64,000 nucleotides of DNA from the human T2T-CHM13v2.0 reference genome, Homo sapiens, in the NCBI RefSeq assembly GCF_009914755.1, contig NC_060938.1; one strand, written 5' to 3'. The notes below the pieces were generated by a model. The model worked only from the letters and a program-made list of their open reading frames with translations. It had not been told where the DNA came from and made no database searches. A program made the translations under genes and the position numbers. Positions 58,903 through 64,000 of the stretch are shown one piece after another; the first letter of the stretch is position 1; every line of letters begins with the position of its first letter.

Positions 58903-61270
58903 CTAGGAGCCTCGTGGATAAACATGCCACACGGCACAGACACCCACGCATGTACACTCATGTGCACACACAGCAAGGCTTCAACCTAACTTTTTATTGG
59001 GATGAGGAAGCGTGCTGGTTAGCGTTTAATAAGCAAAAGCAAAGTTGAGTCATATGTGTGTTGCTTGAAAGCAAGAAACGCCAGATGGAGCATTAAATGA
59101 ATCACTGTCTTGGGTTTCATGAGTAACATTTTAATTGGGTTGTGACTAGTTTGGGAAAACTTTTAAGCTCCCCTCCACCTCAAATCCAAATTAAATCAGC
59201 AATTATTTAATGCTCCCAATGCCATGAAGCTCCCTGAATAAAATGTGAGCTTTAAAAAACAGGTTTCAAGAATACGCTTCTCTGCCAAACAAATTACAAT
59301 GCACGAGGCAGCTCTTTCTTCCTAGAAACAAGGAGGGGAGGAAACTTGCATTTATTGAGCACCTACTATGAGCCAGCCCCTGTGTTCAGGGATGAGCACA
59401 CATAATCTATGCACTAAGATTCCTAAATGCTGAGCATGGTGCCTGGCATATGGCAGGTGTTTGGTAAACAGTAGCTTATTACTGTATTTCATCCGAACCC
59501 AGGGTCTCACTGACTGTAAGACATACATTATTTTCTGGACCATAGAGAAAGAAAAGAACACTGACACTGAAATCCTGATGCCAGCCAAGACACGCTGGGA
59601 AAACATGCTGTCTCAGAGGTGCTTACACATGAACACTGTGTTCGAGAGTCAACGGAAGCCAGATCATAAAAGAAATTACCTCCCCAGTTCACAGACAGGA
59701 AAGACTGAGGGCCAGGAGGACAACCTGCCAGGGGGCTCTTTGGCTCTTGAGATGATGTCATCAGAGGCTGAGGAGGGCTTTTTCTGGAGTTCTGCCAACA
59801 TGAAGCATACAGAGTTCCACCCACCATGTATGGGGATTGCTTTGTGGGGGAGGAGACCTGCCTCAGTACCCCGGGAAATGTTGCTGATGCACCCTGATTT
59901 GTGCAGCCTGGGGGTTCAGGGCAGAGGTTTCAGTCTTTGGATCTCCCCACATTTGACCAAAGGCAGGCACAGTTGGGATCATTCTCTTCAAAGCAAGTTT
60001 TAGAGATTAGTAGTCATTTTGAGAGCCCCAGGCCTGCCCAGAGTCAGTCCTCGCCCTAGTCACGCCCTCATGCAGTGATTCATTAGGCGAAGAAACTGGC
60101 CTTGGAAGGCAATGAGCTCATGAATATGCACAGCGGGTCCTCATAAATTATGCATTCCATACGGAGGCTTCTGGGGAGAGGCTGAGGAGCACCGAGTCGC
60201 TCAGCCCTGCAACAGAAGGCTTGCTCACAAGGACTTTCTGTAAAGCGCATATTCCTGCCCTCCTGCCCTGTCCATCACAATGAACTTGTGGGCAGCACTC
60301 TAGTTCTGATAAAACATCGGACTCTGGGTTTGCAAAGAAATTGGAGTTTACTTAGCTGTGACTTTGCTGATGGCCATGCTGGCAGGTCTAGAGGGGCTGT
60401 CAGGGTCAGAGTGGGCCTGCACATGACTTGCTTCACGCCCATAGATGTGCAAAGCCGTCTGACCTTACGGAGGCCCCAGCAGTTGAAAAGCTGCTGCCCA
60501 GATGAGTGATTTACATGTTCCTCCAAATCAGAGGGTGCTGAGGTGTAGTGGCCTGAGAGTCATGGAGCAAACACTGGGCTGGGAGTCAGGGTGGGACCTG
60601 GTTTTAGCAAGAAGGAGAGGGAGGGGGCTCTGCAGGTGTCTGCATTCCCTACCACAGATGTCTGGGGTGAGCACAGCAGTCAGCCCTCAGCCCCTCCACT
60701 CCCTTCCACAAGGCCAGGCTGGGCACACAGTAGGCATGCTGCAGTCAGGCAGGGGCTCAAGGTGAGTTCTGCATGGCCCGCTTGGCTTAAAGCTGCTTCT
60801 CCCTCATGGGGCCTTCCTTCTTGTCCAGCTGCACTCACCATCTCTGATGGTTCTCTGACCACTCAGCCACCCCTCAGCCAGCCTGGAGGGCAGCCCCGGG
60901 CCGGGAGGTCCCCTTCTCTTAGTTTCTCCTTAGTTTCTGCTGACAGTGACTGTCAGCACCTTTCCTGCTATCAACAGCCATATGTGTGAGCACTTCAGAC
61001 ACTTCCTGTCCTTTCATCCTCCTGACAGCCTGGGAAGGAATCGGGTGCACCGTCCTACAGTCCAGGCCTTGGCCAGAGAGGAAAGGGCTTGTCCTGGCAG
61101 CTCCGAGGTGGCATTGCTGGGTTTGCGCTGTGTCCAGCCAAGCTCAGTTCCTGTCTCCAGCCTGTGCTGCGCAGGCTGAGCTGAGCCTTAACCACCCTCA
61201 ACAGCAGCAGGGCCTGGGGAAGCACCTGGAAAACGCTCTTTGCGTTCATGCATCAAGAGCTGTGAGACTA

Positions 61271-61548
61271 GGCCTGGCATGGTGGCTCACGCCTGTAATC
61301 CCAGCCCTTTGGGAGGCCGAGGTGGGTGGGTCACCTGAGGTCAGAGACAAGCCTGACCAACATGATGAAACCCCGTCTCTACTATAAATACAGAAATTAG
61401 CCGGGCGTGGTGGCGGGTGCCTGTAATCCCAGCTACTCAGGAGGCTGAGGCAGGAGAATCGCTTGAACCCGGGAGGCGGATGTTGCACCCCAGCCTGGGC
61501 AACAAGAGCTAGACTCCCTCTCAAAAAAAAAAAAAAAAAAAAAAAAAA
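61271..61548 (+). mobile_element. AluS with internal deletions
   Basis: TSD aagagct(g/a)tgagac. Confidence 0.9.
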
Positions 61549-62968
61549 GAGCTATGAGACCAGGCTTAAATCACTCCATTTGGAAACACCCCCCAAACTT
61601 ACAAATGTGCAACAGAAACAAAACCTCTACAGAAAATGGACTAAATGGAGAAAAAGAAAATGAAATCAGCTGTCGTCCCTTCTCCCGGAAACTCAGCCCT
61701 GTCAGCCACATGGGTTTCCTTTCTCTCCCTTCTCTTTCTTTCTGTGCAAAGTTGCCCTATCAAGTCATTGGTAAAATGGTGCCTCCAGTTTCCTCCCCCC
61801 ACCCTTATGTCACAAGCATTTCCCACATTGCTGCATGATCTCCGTAATGACCATTTTAACAACTGCGGAACACGGAGTGAAATGTACTGGCTTTCGGCAT
61901 GGAACCATTCTCTGATGTTGGGATTACTGTGCAGGGTGTTTAGAACGCACCGTTCAAAGGAAACGACTTTTAGACTTTCATGAATTTAATTCTTATGTCA
62001 CATTCCTAATGGGGGATCAGCCTGTCCCTCCTCCATACAGCATGCAAAGTATGTAAGCCTCCTTACAGCATGCAAAGTGCTGATTTTCCCTTTCTCCCTG
62101 AAAGGGCTTTGCAGACAGACTGGGAGCCTGCTCAACGCCCAAACACCAATATTAATCTCAGTCTCGTCAAGTAAGCCCCAACTTGAGCCAGACGGTCCCT
62201 CAGTGTGTGGCACCACTGGTCCCATCTTATAATGGAGCAAACAGTATCTTGCCCAATACCTGCATTCAACCAGTACACGCAAAGCTGGGATTTGAACACA
62301 GCTCTGTCTCATTCAAGGGACTCTGGTGTGCATTTTGCTCTCTGCTACCCATGGACCACAGAGACAACCAAGGCCTGAGCCACAGGCAAGCGGGGAGAAA
62401 GAAAAACAGAACCACAGACAAATGCCAGAGCCCTCTCAGACCAACCATGCCAACCAAGGCTCGTAAAGTGTTTTCTCTGTGCCAGACACTGTTCAAAGAG
62501 CTTTACAAATGTTACCTCACTCAGTCCTCACTGTACCCTGGGAGGCACGATTTTTATTCCCACCTTACCGATGAGAAAACTGAGGCTCAGGGAAGCTGAG
62601 TGACTTGGGCAGAGTCACACAGCTTGAGAGTGGCAGAGTCAGGATTGGAACTCAGGCTGACTCTGGAGACTGTAATCATCACCTCCCCACCCCTGTCAGC
62701 TCCAAGTTTAGTTCAGCTTCATCCCCCTCTGGTTGCCAGCACAGGGCCTTCCCATTGTAGGGACCCTATTAATATTTGTGGAGTGGCTGTTTGACAGATA
62801 TGATGTTTTGGAGACTGCAGAAGAAGGAAGGCTGGCAGAGCGGTGTGCTGGGTGTCAGACACAGACCAGGGTTGCTCACTGGGTGTCTTACTGGGAGGCG
62901 CCTGGCTGCCCTTCCCAAGGAGAGCAAAGTTGCCCAGGATTGGGGCGTACATGTGGGAGGCATGCTTA

Positions 62969-63545
<577 letters not shown>

Positions 63546-63951
63546 TTACATAAATTAATTTGCACAATGAGCCCTGTTCCAGGGAGTGACCTTGACCTTC
63601 AGTGTCTTCCTCTGTATCACAGGGACAATAATAGCACCTGTGCCACTGGATTGCTTTTAAATCTAGTGTTTTTTTCATAAACTTCAAAAAAAATTGAAAT
63701 GCAACATGCTTACAGAAAAGTGCATCCATTTTACGTACACAGCTTGAGGAATATCCACAGTAAACCTATCTGTATAACCAGCCCCCTGAACAAGAAACAG
63801 AACTTACACCACCAGAAGCCCCTCGCACCCTCCTCCAGCCATTAACCCCTCAGGTAAACACTGTTTGGGCTTCTAATACTGGATTAGCTTTTGCTTGCTT
63901 GTTTTTAACCTTTCTGTAAGTGGAAATACCAAATGTTGATAAAGATATCGA

Positions 63952-64000
63952 CTGGGTGCAGTGACTCATGCCTATAATCCCAGCACTTTGGGAGGCCAAG
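63952..64000 (+). mobile_element. Alu 5' end (cut by the window edge)
   Basis: ctgggtgcagtgactcatgcctataatcccagcactttgggaggccaag. Confidence 0.9.

Noticed and set aside
59461-60003. 180-aa plus-strand ORF
   Set aside because: TTG start, begins in repeat-derived sequence, and shows no similarity to EML1 or any family I recognise

Overview
Human (primate) genomic DNA, GC-rich and full of repeats. Bases 903-28,740 hold exons 4-15 of CYP46A1 (cholesterol 24-hydroxylase, + strand). All 12 exons have GT-AG junctions and join in frame into 1,221 coding nt, including the AGHET I-helix, the ESLR (ExxR) motif, the [10 protein letters not shown] heme motif and the poly-Pro C-terminus. Exons 1-3 lie upstream of the window. 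Intron 7 contains a near full-length, sense-oriented old L1 (L1MA-like) with an intact 14-bp TSD. It sits inside an LTR33-like element and carries a young-looking 111-bp VNTR and three Alus. Downstream are an orphan CpG island (~31.5-32.2 kb) and a promoter with a 28-nt coding first exon (MSDGEGPSA+G, 39,262-39,289), probably the distal alternative first exon of EML1. The rest is probably EML1 intron. I found no convincing new protein-coding system; the long ORFs in the track come from repeats or GC bias. The most interesting observations are small structural ones: an L2-derived 3'UTR/poly(A) signal, a template-switch hairpin, a possible templated-insertion scar, an old local duplication, POU/SOX motif clusters and inverted-Alu circRNA candidates. 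Repeat family names come from remembered consensus sequences, not from a RepeatMasker run.
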